64,000 bases of DNA from an uncultured Gemmatimonadales bacterium (GCA_963798085.1 CAWCRS010000003.1:1-64000); one strand, 5' to 3'. Shown: positions 11,483-22,875, counted from the first letter of the stretch. Made by a program: numbers and translations. The notes: generated from the letters alone by a model not told the origin.

Positions 11483-12604
11483 TCAGACGGCGACCCAGCG
11501 ACCTTCCTGGGCCGAGTGCTCGATGGTGGCGAGGACGCGCTGGTTGCGGACGCCGTCGTCGAAGTCGGGCCTGGGCGATTGTCCTTCGGCAATGCCTTCG
11601 AGCAGATCCAGCACGGTGTGTGTGAACGTGTGCTCGTAGCCGATGATGTGGCCGGGCGGCCACCATGCCTTGATGTAGGGGTGCACGACATCGGTCACGA
11701 GTACGGTGCGGAATCCCCGGGCGCCGCGGCGGTCGGATTCGAGGTACAGTTCGAGTTCGTTCATGCGTTCGAGATCGAAGGCCAGGCTGCCCAGGCTGCC
11801 GTTGATCTCGAAGCGGTTGTAGTTCTTGCGACCGGTCGCCATGCGCGTGGCTTCGATGGTGCCAATGGCGCCGCGCTCGAAACGCACGAGCGCGGCCGCT
11901 GCATCGTCGACGGTCACCTCGCCCAGGCGATTGGGGTCATCGGGCAGCGGACGCTCGCGAATGAAGGTCTTGAGCATGCCGCTCACTTCCGTGATCTCGC
12001 CCACGAGGTAGCGGGCGAGGTCGATGGAGTGCGAAGCAATGTCGCCCAGCGCGCCCGAGCCGGCACGCTGCCGGTCGAGCCGCCAGACGCGCGGGAAGAG
12101 CGGATCGACGATCCAGTCCTGCAGGTAGGTGCCGCGGTAATGGCGGATCTCACCCAGCTCGCCGCCCTCGATCAGGCGGCGGGCGAAGGCCACGGCGGGC
12201 GCCCGCCGGTAGTTGTGGCACACCATGTGGATAACACCGTATTTGCGAACCGCGGTGAGCATGGCTTCCGCTTCCGCGACGGTGTTGGCCAGCGGTTTCT
12301 CGCAGAATACCGTCTTGCCGGCCTCGGCCGCGGCGATGGCGATCTCCGCGTGGCTGTCGCCGGGCGTGCAGATGTCGACGATGTCAATGTCGGGCCGCGC
12401 GATGACTTCGCGCCAGTCCGTAGCCGACTCCTCCCAGCCGTAGCGGCGGGCGGCTTCCTCGACACGCGCCGCATCGCGGCCGCACAGCACCCGCATGCGG
12501 GGCTCGAGCCGGGGCGAGAAGAACGGTCGGACCTGGCGCCATGCGTTGCTGTGGGCGCGGCCCATGAAGGCGTACCCGATGAGTGCCACGTTGATTGTGC
12601 TCAT
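11483..12604 (-). CDS. Gfo/Idh/MocA family oxidoreductase
   Basis: [41 protein letters not shown]. Confidence 0.92.
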   Translation of the reverse strand: MSTINVALIGYAFMGRAHSNAWRQVRPFFSPRLEPRMRVLCGRDAARVEEAARRYGWEESATDWREVIARPDIDIVDICTPGDSHAEIAIAAAEAGKTVFCEKPLANTVAEAEAMLTAVRKYGVIHMVCHNYRRAPAVAFARRLIEGGELGEIRHYRGTYLQDWIVDPLFPRVWRLDRQRAGSGALGDIASHSIDLARYLVGEITEVSGMLKTFIRERPLPDDPNRLGEVTVDDAAAALVRFERGAIGTIEATRMATGRKNYNRFEINGSLGSLAFDLERMNELELYLESDRRGARGFRTVLVTDVVHPYIKAWWPPGHIIGYEHTFTHTVLDLLEGIAEGQSPRPDFDDGVRNQRVLATIEHSAQEGRWVAV

Positions 12605-12684
12605 GGATTCCCGAAGGTGGAGGCTGTGACGGATCCGGCAAGGCGGGGCTCACCGGGCACGACGCGCAGGCGACGACCGGATCA

Positions 12685-13629
12685 TCACCGGCCGTTCTGA
12701 ACCGCGCCCCGCGGCAGCAGCGCGTGCACGCCGCGCGTCCCGTTGACGACCTGCGTAACCCGGAAGTTGACGACGAGGCTGGCCATGCCGAGGGCGTGCT
12801 TGCGTTCCCAGCCGTAACGCTCGACGAGCAGGTCGAGCATCGCTTCCAGCGCCAGCGCCATGGCTTCGTTGAGGTCCTTGTGCAGGCCGAAGGTGATGCT
12901 GCCTTCGGCGGTTTCGGCGCGCGGGGCGGTGAGTGTGAAATCGTCGCGCAGCACGAGCGTCAGGCGCACCCGCTCCATGGGACATTCAATGGCCTGCCCG
13001 CTGACCTCGCCATCGCCCTGGGCGGCGTGACCGTCACCGACGGATAACAGCGCGCCATCGACCGCAATGGGCAGGAACAGCGTGGCGCCGGCGGTGAGGT
13101 CGCGGCAGTCGAGGTTGCCGCCCGTGGCGCGCGGAGGAAACGTCGAGTGCACACCGGGCTCGGCGGGCGCCACACCCATGACGCCCAGGAAGGGGTGCAG
13201 CGCGATCACATCGCCCAGATGGTTGCGGGCGGTCCCCGCCGCGGTGTCCAGCGTCCAGATAATGGCGTGTTGCGGCGGCTGTACGAGGCCGAGCCGCTTG
13301 TTGAGCCAGCCGGGCCAGCCGGCGGCGTGCGTCCAGCCCCACTCGCCAGGCACGATCTCGTCAATGCGCACCTCGAGCACGTGGCCGGCGCGCGCGCCCC
13401 GCACGGCAATGGGACCGCACAGCGCGTGGCCATGGTCCAGGCTGCGGCGCCGCGGCGCGAAGCTGCGCCGCTTGCCCAGCGGTTCGCGGTAGGGCTCGAG
13501 ACCCCAGCCCGCGTCGATGGTGCGCAGCTCCACCGTGTCACCGGAATCCACGGTCAGCACGGGCGGCAGGTCGCGCGAGAAGCAGCCGTGCAGCGTCTCC
13601 CGCGTCGGCTCCAGCCTGTGTAATGCCAC
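12685..13629 (-). CDS. Acetamidase/formamidase family protein
   Basis: GHALCGPIAVRGA, GGNLD, GDGHAAQGDGEVSGQAIE. Confidence 0.9.
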   Translation of the reverse strand: MALHRLEPTRETLHGCFSRDLPPVLTVDSGDTVELRTIDAGWGLEPYREPLGKRRSFAPRRRSLDHGHALCGPIAVRGARAGHVLEVRIDEIVPGEWGWTHAAGWPGWLNKRLGLVQPPQHAIIWTLDTAAGTARNHLGDVIALHPFLGVMGVAPAEPGVHSTFPPRATGGNLDCRDLTAGATLFLPIAVDGALLSVGDGHAAQGDGEVSGQAIECPMERVRLTLVLRDDFTLTAPRAETAEGSITFGLHKDLNEAMALALEAMLDLLVERYGWERKHALGMASLVVNFRVTQVVNGTRGVHALLPRGAVQNGR

Positions 13630-13659
13630 GTTATTGCCCCGCGTGTGTGCTGCCCGGCC

Positions 13660-16129
13660 TCAACTGACCGGACGCGTGGGCTGGTAGCGCACCAGGAACA
13701 GCCCCTGCTCGATGCCGGTCACCGCGATCACGCCGCTCTTGAAGAACGGGATAGTTGCTCCACGAACCCGTGAAGCCGGGAATGTTGTCGCCGAACGGCT
13801 GCATGTCGAAGTACCCGACCTCGACCGGATTGAGCGGGTTGCAGATGTCGAGAATGCGCAGGCCCGCCGCGTAGTCGGACTGGTAGACCAGGTTGCCCTT
13901 GATGTAGAGGTTGTGGTCGGATGGCTTCGGTGGTGCCGCATGAACTCCTTGACCAGCTGCGGATCATCCAGATCGGTGAAGTCCCAGATCAGCGTGCGTG
14001 TGTGTCTTGACCGAGCCCGTGCATGCTCGTCCAGCTCGTCATCGACGAAGAAGTAGTTCTGGTCCTCGGTGAACCAGCCCTGGTGCGCGTAGCCCACATT
14101 CGGATAGCCGATGCGTGCGAGACCGCCTTCGGGTTCTTCTTGTCGGTCACGTCGGCGATCGAGATGGCGGTCTCGTTCAGGCCCACGCAGATCTCGTGGC
14201 CCTGGTAGTCCGCTGTCCGGACCGTGGTACATGACGCACTGCGCGTCGTGCGAGTAGCCGGTGCTCGGACGTGCCGGTCTGCGGATCGGAGAAGCAGCCC
14301 GCGAACTGTCGGGTTCTTCGGGTCGCGGATGTCGATCATGTGCAGCCCGCCGCCGCAGGTTTCGCCGCCCGAGCTGCTGCCGACGGCATAGGCGTAGCCG
14401 CTCCCTCGTTGATCACGATGTTGTGCGCGCTGTGAATGCGGTCGTAGGTCGTATCCGCTTTCGGTGAACGTCGGCGGCGTGCCCTTGACGTCGCGCAGCT
14501 TCGTCAGATCGAACACCTGCATGCCGTGGTCGGCCGGCGCCATCGGCGACCACGAACGCGTGGTCCTTGTACACCTTGATGTCGCGCCAGGCATTGGGCG
14601 ATCGCGCCCGCCGTCATGGGCAGGTCGCCGACGTACACGGGCTTGCACGGGATTGCTGATGTCGACGAAAGCCGTGCCGTCGATGCGGCCCGACGAGCGC
14701 GTACTCCTTGTGCGGTCTGCGGATCGGTCCAGCCCCAGATGTCGTTCAGGTTGACACCGCGCGAACCGCCCAGCGCGCTGATGGGCATGAAGGCGAGCAG
14801 GTCGACATCGCCGCAGCTGAAGCGCGCCGCACTGCCGGCTGCGCACTTCGTTTCCTTGCCGATGACGGGTTCGAGGCCCTCCGCCGCGCTCATGACCGTG
14901 GAGGCCGGCGTCCATGCCATGGCGCCGCCGGTTTCGAAGATGATGGCCTTGCCCGCGCCGAAGTCCGCACCCGTGAGTGCGATGGCGGCGATGTCATTGT
15001 GCAGCGCGAGCGCGCCGCCGAACTCGTCGTTCCGGTTCACGCCCGGCGCCCGCACGGGCGCGCCTCCGCTCCAGGCGCCGCGAGCATCGCGCTGGAACAC
15101 CCACACCGAGCTGCCGCCCTCGCCACCCGCAGCACTGACCAGCAGCCGGTCGCCATCCAGCGCCAGTGCGTTGCCGAAACCCCGCACGCTGGTGTCCGGC
15201 GGCACAACCTCGCCGTCGTTTAACCAGGCGTTAGTGGTAGCATCGCGCCGGAAGCGCAACACGCGGCCAGGTCCGTTGCTGCGCGCGGAGGCGCCGATGA
15301 GCGCCACATTGCCAGCGATCGCGATCTCGCCGCCGAACGCGGCAGCCGACCCGCCCGCGTCGGGCGCCGGCTTGCCCGCTTCCTGCCAGGCACTGCCATC
15401 GAAGTGGTATGCGAACACGCCGCTGCCCTGCGTGGCGATCAGCGCGTTAGCGCCATCCATGGCAAGGTGAATGCCGAACGAGTTCTGCGGCTTCGGCTGG
15501 CTGGCCGCGAGTGAGCCGGCCGCCTCCCACTCACCCGCCGCATTGCGCCGGAACACGTAGACGGCGCCGGGCCCGCCCGTCAGAAAGCTGCCGCCCTGCA
15601 GCGGCGCACCCACCATGGCGAAGTCACCGCTCAGCGCCACCGTCATGCCGAACGCAGTGATCTCCGCCGGCGCGGGCAGCTTCGTCACCTGATGCCAGTC
15701 GCCGCTCGAGGAGCGCTCGAAGATGTAGGCCGTGCTGCTGGTCAGGGCATTTTCGCCGAACGCGCCCACGATCAGGCGGTTGCCATCGAGATCCAGCGCG
15801 GCGCCGAAGCCATCACCTACACGCGCGCCCTCGGCGGTGAAGTGCGAGGCCTCCACCCATTGCGGCCCCGACTTGCGATAGACGTAGACGGTGCCCGGCC
15901 GCGTCGAGTTCTCCGGCTCGCCCACCAGCACTTCGCCGTTGCCCACCGCGACCGCGCGGCCGAACCCGCCACGCAGCCGCGGACTGACACCAGTGTTAGC
16001 CGTGGCGCTTCCATGCGGCGGATGCGTCTCGTCGGTTCTGGCGATGGTGCGTGCCGGCAGCGCCGACGCGGCCAGCGGCAGCGCGAGGCTGGAGACGAGC
16101 AGGGAGCGTTGCACGAACTTCGTCGCCAT
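13660..16129 (-). CDS. Secreted choice-of-anchor B family protein with FG-GAP repeats, frameshifted in the 3' half
   Basis: Signal peptide, FGxxVA..GAP repeats, LNDIWGWTDP, HGMQVFDLT, GYAHQGWFTED. Confidence 0.8.
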
Positions 16130-16339
16130 AACTACCTCGAGTGTGAGTTGCCGGATCTCCGGCGTGGTACGCGCGTCTCCGATGCACGTGCACCGACCGT
16201 GCTCACCGGCCAGGACCGTCCCGGCGCTGACCGGGCGAGGGCGCATTTCACGCACTCGCCGGACACCCCGCCAGCGGTCCCCACCACACCGGAGCCTCCC
16301 TGTACACCGGATCCGCTGTCAGCGGCACACACCACAGAA

Positions 16340-18031
16340 TCAGAGCGAGCGCTGTTTCAGCAGCGTCGCCATGTGATCCGCCGTGCGCCAGGCCAGGGCG
16401 AGGATGGTCCACGTGGGATTCTTGTCGGACTGCGTGACGAAGGGACCGCCATCAGCCACGAAGAGGTTGCTCACCTCGTGCGCGCGGCACCAGCGGTCGA
16501 CCACGGACGTGGCAGCATCGTCACCCATGCGTGTGGTGCCCAGCTCGTGGATGATCTCGCCGCCCGCGCTGATGCCGTAGCCGCGTTCGGGCCCGGGCAT
16601 CTCGGACGTCGGCGTGCCGCCCAGCTCGTGAATGAGTGCGCGAAAGGTCTCCTGCATGTGCTTGACCTGCAGCAGTTCGTGATCGCTCCACTGCCAGTGG
16701 AAGCGCAGCACGGGAATGCCCCAGCGATCCTTCAGCGTCGGGTCCAGCTCGCACCAGCAGTTCTCGTTGGAGATCATCTCGCCCCGGCCCGAGAAGCCGA
16801 TTGTACCGCCCCACACATGACGGTACTGCTGCTTGAGCGAGCCGCCGTAGCCGCCACCTCCCGCACCCGGATAATTCTGGATGCCGCCCAGCACGCCCGC
16901 GCCCGGCAGGCGCCGGCCACCGCCGAATTCAATGTGGTAGCCGCGCGGGAAATCCAGCTTGCGGTTGTCAATCCACCACGGCATGTACATGTGCATGCCG
17001 CCCACGCCATCCTCGTTGTGCGCGCTGCCATCGTAGAGCGCCGGGATGTAGCCGCTCACCGATGTGCCGGTGGTGTCGTTGAGATGGCGGCCCACCTGTC
17101 CACCGCCATTGCCCAGGCCGTGCGGGAAGAGTGAGGACTGCGAGTTGAGCAGCAGGCGGGCGCTCTCGCAGGCGGAGGCGGCCAGCACCACGACGCGAGC
17201 GCGCACCTGCTGCTCGCGTCCGCTCGCCTTGTCGATGTAGCGGACGCCGGTGCAGCGGCCCTGCCTGTCGGTGCTGACAGCCCTCGCCATGGCGCCGGTG
17301 CGCAGCTCGAGACGGCCGCTGGCCAGCGCCGGCGGTAACAGGACGTTAGTGGATGTGAAGTTCGCGTTGACGGCGCAGCCGCGATTGCACTGGCCGCAGT
17401 AGTGACAGGCGACGCGGCCATTGAGCGGCCGGGTGAGAATCGAGAGCCGGGCCGGGATGCAGGTGATGTTCAGGCGATCGCACGCACGCTTCACGAGCAG
17501 CTCGTAGCAGCGCGGCCGGGGCGGCGGCAGGAACACGCCATCAGGCTCGTTGTGCAGCCCTTCGGCGCTGCCGAACACGCCAATGAGGCGGTCCACGCGG
17601 TCGTACCACGGCTTCAGCTCATCGTAGGTGATGGGCCAGTTGGGGCTCAGGCCGTCGAGGTCGCCGCGGCGGAAATCGTCCGGGCCGAAGCGCAGTGAGA
17701 TGCGGCCCCAGTGGTTGGTGCGCCCGCCCACCATGCGTGCGCGCCACCAGCGGAAGTTGCTGCCGGCTGCGCTGGTGTAGGGCTCGCCCTCGATGTCCCA
17801 GCCGCCCTCGCAGGCATCGAACTCACCGAAGGGTCGCGCGCGCGTGGAAGCGCCTCGCCGGGGCGACTCATACGGCCATTTGAGCATGGCCGAGTCTTTC
17901 GTGTTATCCCAGGGAATTCCGGCTTCCAGCATGCACACTCGCGCACCCGCGAGCGTGAGTGCGTACGCAGCCATGCCGCCGCCGGCGCCGGAGCCGACGA
18001 TGCAGACGTCGTATTCGGTCTGCTGGCTCAT
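16340..18031 (-). CDS. GMC family oxidoreductase
   Basis: VGSGAGGG, VGGRTNHWGR, CHYCGQC, IIHELGTTRMG, KNPTWTILAL. Confidence 0.93.
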   Translation of the reverse strand: MSQQTEYDVCIVGSGAGGGMAAYALTLAGARVCMLEAGIPWDNTKDSAMLKWPYESPRRGASTRARPFGEFDACEGGWDIEGEPYTSAAGSNFRWWRARMVGGRTNHWGRISLRFGPDDFRRGDLDGLSPNWPITYDELKPWYDRVDRLIGVFGSAEGLHNEPDGVFLPPPRPRCYELLVKRACDRLNITCIPARLSILTRPLNGRVACHYCGQCNRGCAVNANFTSTNVLLPPALASGRLELRTGAMARAVSTDRQGRCTGVRYIDKASGREQQVRARVVVLAASACESARLLLNSQSSLFPHGLGNGGGQVGRHLNDTTGTSVSGYIPALYDGSAHNEDGVGGMHMYMPWWIDNRKLDFPRGYHIEFGGGRRLPGAGVLGGIQNYPGAGGGGYGGSLKQQYRHVWGGTIGFSGRGEMISNENCWCELDPTLKDRWGIPVLRFHWQWSDHELLQVKHMQETFRALIHELGGTPTSEMPGPERGYGISAGGEIIHELGTTRMGDDAATSVVDRWCRAHEVSNLFVADGGPFVTQSDKNPTWTILALAWRTADHMATLLKQRSL

Positions 18032-18134
18032 GATTCAAGGAAGCGGGGGCCCGTGACGAAGGCGAGGCGCGGACCCCCAGTGCGCGCGGCCTCGCAATCG
18101 CCACAGACCCCCGGATACAGCCACGGCCGCGCTC

Positions 18135-18731
18135 TCAATTCTTCGCGACCGGCACCATCAGGTGGGCGTACGGCGTGCCCTTCCACATCACATACGGTCC
18201 GCCGGTGTGCGGATCCGTGGGATAGCTGTCGAGCGATTTTGCGTCGGGCGTTACGATCATGAGGTGCGGGCCGTCGTCGATCCACTGCTCGCCCGCAGCG
18301 GGCGCGGTCGCGAACGGGTCCGTGTTGCTGGCGGTCTTGGCGCCCATGAGCATGTAGGCAACGCCGACCTGCGTGATGGCCGGCGGCTTCTTCTCCATCA
18401 TGGCCTGCATGAACTGCTGCCACGTCTTGTCCATGCAACCGGGGTCGGGCCCGGCAACGCCGGGGTCGTCGGGGATGCACACCCATCCATTCGTACCCGC
18501 GCGCAGTTCCTTCATGTTGCCCTTGTCATCGAGCTGCATGATCTGCGCGGCGGAGCTGATCGATGCAGGTGCGGCCGCCATTGCCAGAGCGACAGGATCC
18601 GTGGGCGTGGCGGCGGGCGCGGGCGTGGCCGCGCTGCTGGCCGTGCTCGCTGGGGTTTGCGTGTTCGGGCCGCTGCCACTGCAGGCATACACCACCGCGA
18701 CGGACGCCAACAACACCAGCGAGTTTCTCAT
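18135..18731 (-). CDS. Conserved hypothetical lipoprotein
   Basis: Lipobox-like VYAC; GTNGWVC, GVAYML, SNTDP, GPHLM, PYVMWKGTPYAHLMVP; GAGG RBS. Confidence 0.7.
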   Translation of the reverse strand: MRNSLVLLASVAVVYACSGSGPNTQTPASTASSAATPAPAATPTDPVALAMAAAPASISSAAQIMQLDDKGNMKELRAGTNGWVCIPDDPGVAGPDPGCMDKTWQQFMQAMMEKKPPAITQVGVAYMLMGAKTASNTDPFATAPAAGEQWIDDGPHLMIVTPDAKSLDSYPTDPHTGGPYVMWKGTPYAHLMVPVAKN

Positions 18732-19242
18732 AGAGGGATCCTCCTTGACGCGAGCGCGACCGCAACTGCACTCCCGACCCCCGGGCGCGCGCACGGCGCA
18801 CCGCGGCCATTACGCTACTACGGCGATGGGGCTGCATGTCAAGAGGCTGTCGGTTCAGGGGTCGGGAGGCTGCGCGTGGTGGGCAGACGCGGGCAGCCGA
18901 GTGTGGAGACCGTGCCGCCCGCCTTTCGGACGCTGGCGCTTCCAATCCTGGAGTCAGGGACGCCTGAGCCGCGGCCGCCGGCGACGGTCGCCTGACACTC
19001 GCCGCCGGCGGGCGAGCAGCCGCCTGTGCGGCCGGCGGTGTGCGACTCTTCAACCGGTGCGCGGTGATCCGGCCGAGCGCTCCGGCGAGGCCGGGTTCCC
19101 GTCGATGCCAATGGGTGTTGCGTCCACCCTCCCCACAGGCTGCCCGTCCGCCCATCCTCGCCGATTGTCGCATTCGCCTGTCGCTGTGCCCAGCTGCGCG
19201 CTAACCTCTGCCCGCAGGAAATACCGGCGCGGAGGGACAGAG

Positions 19243-20123
19243 ATGCAGCGAATTCACGAAACCATGGACGAACGCGCGAGCAGCCCGGCACGCAGTGTCG
19301 CGCACCCGGCGTGGACGCTTGCCTCGGCGGCGCTGCTGGCGATCGCCGCGTCCGCCGGCCTCGCCCGCGCGCAGCAGACCGTGGCAAAGGATCCGCAGGA
19401 TGGCCGGGCCGTGCTCGAACGCATGCACGCGAAATACGACGGCCACTGGTACTCGAGCATGGCATTCGTGCAGAAGACCACCACCGTGCGACCGGATGGC
19501 GCGCGCGACAGCGCAACCTGGTACGAGAGCCTGAAGGGACCCAGCCTGCTGCGCATTGACATTGGCAGCCCGGCCCAGGGCAATGGTGTGATCTTCACAG
19601 CGGATTCCACCTGGGTGTTCCGCAACGGTGCGCTGGCGCGCGCTGCGGCGGAGGGCAACCCGTTCCTGCCCGTGATCATGGGCGTGTACCTGCAGCCGGT
19701 CGACCGGACGGTGCGCGAGCTGGCGCATCACGGTGTCGATGTCTCGAAGTTCTACCGCGGGACGTGGCAGGAGCAGCCGGTGTTCGTGGTGGGGGCCTCC
19801 GCCACCGCGGATTCCACGTCGCCGCAGTTCTGGGTGGACCCGAAGCGGCTGGTGGCGGTGCGCATGCTGCTGCCGGCCTCGCCCGGACAGCCGACAATGG
19901 ACATCACCTGGATGACTGGGTCCCCGTATCTAACGCCCTGTTCGGGATCACCGTCGCCATGTCCATTGGCGGCGCACCACGGCAGCTGGAGGAGTACCTG
20001 GAGTGGAGCACGCGCGTGGATCTCCCTGACGCGCTGTTTGATCGGCAGCAGCTGACGAAGACGGGTCACTGGGCGCTCGCTGCCCGCCCGGCCGCGCTCT
20101 GGCAGCGGCGCGGCGCGCGCTGA
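19243..20123 (+). CDS. Secreted hypothetical protein (possible LolA-like fold), frameshift near 19910
   Basis: Signal peptide ending ARA; WYSSMAFVQKT, WYESLKGPSLLRID, SPQFWVD. Confidence 0.6.
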
Positions 20124-20155
20124 CGCGCGCAAAGCCGCTGGCCTCGTGCGCACGC

Positions 20156-20194
20156 GGACCGGCCGCCCTCCATTCACTGGAGAGCGGCCGGTTC
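20156..20194. terminator. Hairpin between convergent genes
   Basis: ggaccggccgccctcca-ttcac-tggagagcggccggttc. Confidence 0.5.
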
Positions 20195-20259
20195 GGTGAT
20201 TGCCCCCTTCCCGCATGCCCTAGCGATGCGGTGAGGTCGACCTCGGCGCTACGCGCTTG

Positions 20260-20745
20260 TCAGGCGGCAAAACCGCTGTCCAGTGCGCGGGCTGCGAGCG
20301 GTGTCGTCACCGTCGCGCGCGCAGCACGTGTGGCGCGGCCCGCTGCCCGCCCTGCGGAAGTGGTGGCGCGAATCACGACCAGCAGCAGCAGCCCCACGAC
20401 CAGCGGCATGATTGCCGGCAGCGCACCCATGCGCGCGACCGTCAGCGTCACCGCACCCATCATGATGATCACCAGGCCGAGGGCCGCGAGCGGCGTGAGT
20501 CCCTGCTTCGTGCGGAAGATCCCGGGCAGCACGAGGCCGAGCGCGCCCAGCACCTCGGCCGCGGCAATGAAGCGCATGAAGCCACCCGGCAGTCCCGTCT
20601 GCTGCGCGAGCACCGCCAGTGGCATGGTCAGCTTCACAACGCCGGCGAACAGGAACAGGGCTGCCAGCAGACCCTGGAGAATTGCCAGCGCGACGCGGCG
20701 GCCGCGCGGGTTCCGGTTGTGGAGGATCGGCTTGCGGTTCGACAT
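20260..20745 (-). CDS. DoxX family membrane protein
   Basis: LQGLLAALFLFAGVVKL, FIAAAEVLGALGLVLP, LTPLAALGL; AGGAG RBS. Confidence 0.85.
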   Translation of the reverse strand: MSNRKPILHNRNPRGRRVALAILQGLLAALFLFAGVVKLTMPLAVLAQQTGLPGGFMRFIAAAEVLGALGLVLPGIFRTKQGLTPLAALGLVIIMMGAVTLTVARMGALPAIMPLVVGLLLLVVIRATTSAGRAAGRATRAARATVTTPLAARALDSGFAA

Positions 20746-20825
20746 CGTCGTGCTCCTGTCGCCTGGAGTCCGAGCCGGCGTCCGGTCGGTCGACCGGGGT
20801 GGTGTTTCCGGCTCTTCACACAGGC

Positions 20826-20852
20826 GACGAAGCAGCAGCGGCGAAATCGACA
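20826..20852 (-). promoter_or_regulatory. ECF42-type promoter candidate (TGTCGA-N17-CGTC) for the DoxX gene
   Basis: Minus strand TGTCGAtttcgccgctgctgcttCGTC about 80 nt upstream of the start. Confidence 0.55.
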
Positions 20853-20857
20853 TTCTT

Positions 20858-21457
20858 TCAGAGACTGCCGGCTTCCTCCTTTCCGCGCGGGGGCGGATCG
20901 CCCGGGTCCACCATGCCTGCGAGCACATCCTGGTAGGTGGCCAGATCCGATTCCGAGAAGAGCACGAATCTCACCTCATCGATGGCGTCAGGGTGGCCGG
21001 CAAGCCATTCGCTGACGGTGTACAGCGCCAGCTCCGTGGCCGCCCGGATCGGGTAGCCGTAGGCGCCCGTGCTGAGCGCGGGAAACGCGATCGTGCGCAC
21101 GCCCTCCGCACGCGCCGCCTCGAGCGATGCGCGGTAGGCTCCCGCCAGCAGCGCCGCCTCGCCCTGTGTGCCGCCGTGCCACACCGGTCCGACGGTGTGG
21201 ATCACGCGACTCGCCGGCAACGCGCCCGCGGTAGTCACAACCGCATGGCCCGTGGGCATGCCCTCGGGATAGCGTGACGCCCGGTGCTGTTCGCATTCCC
21301 TGCGAATCGCCGGTCCACCCCGCCGGTGTATGGCGCCGTCCACACCACCACCCCCCAGCAGCGTGGAATTCGCCGCATTCACAACCGCGTCCACATGCTG
21401 CTCCGTGATGTCGCCGCGCAGCAGCCGCAACACCGCATTACCAACCTGCCTCTTCAT
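20858..21457 (-). CDS. ymdB: Macro domain O-acetyl-ADP-ribose deacetylase
   Basis: GDIT, DAVVNAANSTLLGGGGVDGAIH, VIHTVGP, FPALSTGAYGYP. Confidence 0.9.
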   Translation of the reverse strand: MKRQVGNAVLRLLRGDITEQHVDAVVNAANSTLLGGGGVDGAIHRRGGPAIRRECEQHRASRYPEGMPTGHAVVTTAGALPASRVIHTVGPVWHGGTQGEAALLAGAYRASLEAARAEGVRTIAFPALSTGAYGYPIRAATELALYTVSEWLAGHPDAIDEVRFVLFSESDLATYQDVLAGMVDPGDPPPRGKEEAGSL

Positions 21458-21693
21458 CCTTACTCCTCGTCCATTCTCTTCACCGCGTAGTGCGCGGAGA
21501 GCGCTGAGTTCGTGGCGGTTACGCGAACCTGCTGGCGTACAGTGCTACGCGCGCGGGTGTGCACAAGGCAATGGGGATTTCTGTCGAGGTCCTGGATTCA
21601 GCGGGTGCGTGCGAGCACAGGGAACTGATTCTGAACGGAGAACCATCGAATGCCGTCCGCCAGCCGCCCGCATGCCGGCCGCAGGTGACCGAC

Positions 21694-22875
21694 TCAAACA
21701 CCAGGTTGGTACTCGGACTCCGCGCGCTCGGCGGTGAGCCCGGCGGCGAACGCGGTGAGGCGCCGGCGCAGGGCGGCGACCAGGAGTATGCTGCTGCCGA
21801 GGGCGGCGAGTTCGGGAACGGGGACGCGTGAGACCTGAATGGGTGACAGGGCGAACTGCAGCACGGCGTACGCCGCGGTGCCGGCGAGGGCGGCGGCGCC
21901 GAACGTAATGGTGCGGCGCAGTGCGGGCGCCGGATCCGGCACATTGCGTCGCGTGATCGCCGTGAACAGTGCCATGAGTGCGGCGAAGGGTGTCAGTGAT
22001 GCGACAGCGACGGACAGCAGCACCGTGGGTGACTGCAGCCGCAGGCTCAGCAGGCCGGAGAGCAGAAAGCCAATGGTCACGGTGACCGCGGCCTGCGCCA
22101 CCCAGCGGGCGCGTCGCCGGTGGCGCGGCTGCGCTCCCAGGCTCGCGGCGCGCGCATTGGTGATGCCGATCGCGAGGATGAAGCCGAACAGGCCGTCGAA
22201 CAGGACGCGGATGACGGGCCAGGGTGCGAACGAGTGCGCCAGCGCGGCGCAGCCAATGACGGGCCACAGTACTGCGGGACGCAGCCAGCCGCGTGTCAGT
22301 GCGATGCTGGCGGCGCGTCGCATCATGGCGCCGACATCGGCTCCCGCGAGCGCGCTGGAGCGCAGCAGGCCCGCGCGATCCGCTGTGCCCGAGCGGGCCA
22401 CGCTTCCGCTCTGCAGCGGGCGAGGCCAGGTGGCCGAGAGTCGCAGGAATGCACCCAGTGCCAGCCAGAGCGCCCACCCGGGTCGTCCGAACACGAAGTC
22501 GAGCAGTGTGCGTGAGGTGCCCGCGCCCAGCAGGCGGTTAGCCAGCCGTTCCTGAACGAAGCCGGGAAAGCCGCTGAACGCGAACGTCTTCGCGTACCAT
22601 ACGCCGGCGAACACGATCAGCATGCTGAACGTGCGTGCGGCCGGCCAGCGCCGCTGCCGCCAGGCAAGCAGCGCCAGCGCCAGCCCCAGCGCGATGGTCA
22701 GGGCATGCGCCAGCTCGAGCGAGAGCACGGCCGCGGCATCGGTCGCCTGCGGCATGCGGCTGCGCACATGGTAGATGCGAACCAGCGTATCGATGGAGAG
22801 AAAGACGAAGCTTGCGAGATAGGCAAAGAGCGCGGGCGCAGCCACGCGATAGAGCGCTGGAACCTTTGTCCGCAT
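21694..22875 (-). CDS. Multi-pass membrane hypothetical protein
   Basis: About 10 hydrophobic segments; start uncertain (22875 or 22911). Confidence 0.6.
   Translation of the reverse strand: MRTKVPALYRVAAPALFAYLASFVFLSIDTLVRIYHVRSRMPQATDAAAVLSLELAHALTIALGLALALLAWRQRRWPAARTFSMLIVFAGVWYAKTFAFSGFPGFVQERLANRLLGAGTSRTLLDFVFGRPGWALWLALGAFLRLSATWPRPLQSGSVARSGTADRAGLLRSSALAGADVGAMMRRAASIALTRGWLRPAVLWPVIGCAALAHSFAPWPVIRVLFDGLFGFILAIGITNARAASLGAQPRHRRRARWVAQAAVTVTIGFLLSGLLSLRLQSPTVLLSVAVASLTPFAALMALFTAITRRNVPDPAPALRRTITFGAAALAGTAAYAVLQFALSPIQVSRVPVPELAALGSSILLVAALRRRLTAFAAGLTAERAESEYQPGV

Noticed and set aside
20858..21457. Macro domain as DarG antitoxin or anti-phage gene
   Set aside because: Ordinary stand-alone YmdB-like sequence with no DarT, sirtuin or ADP-ribosyltransferase neighbour.
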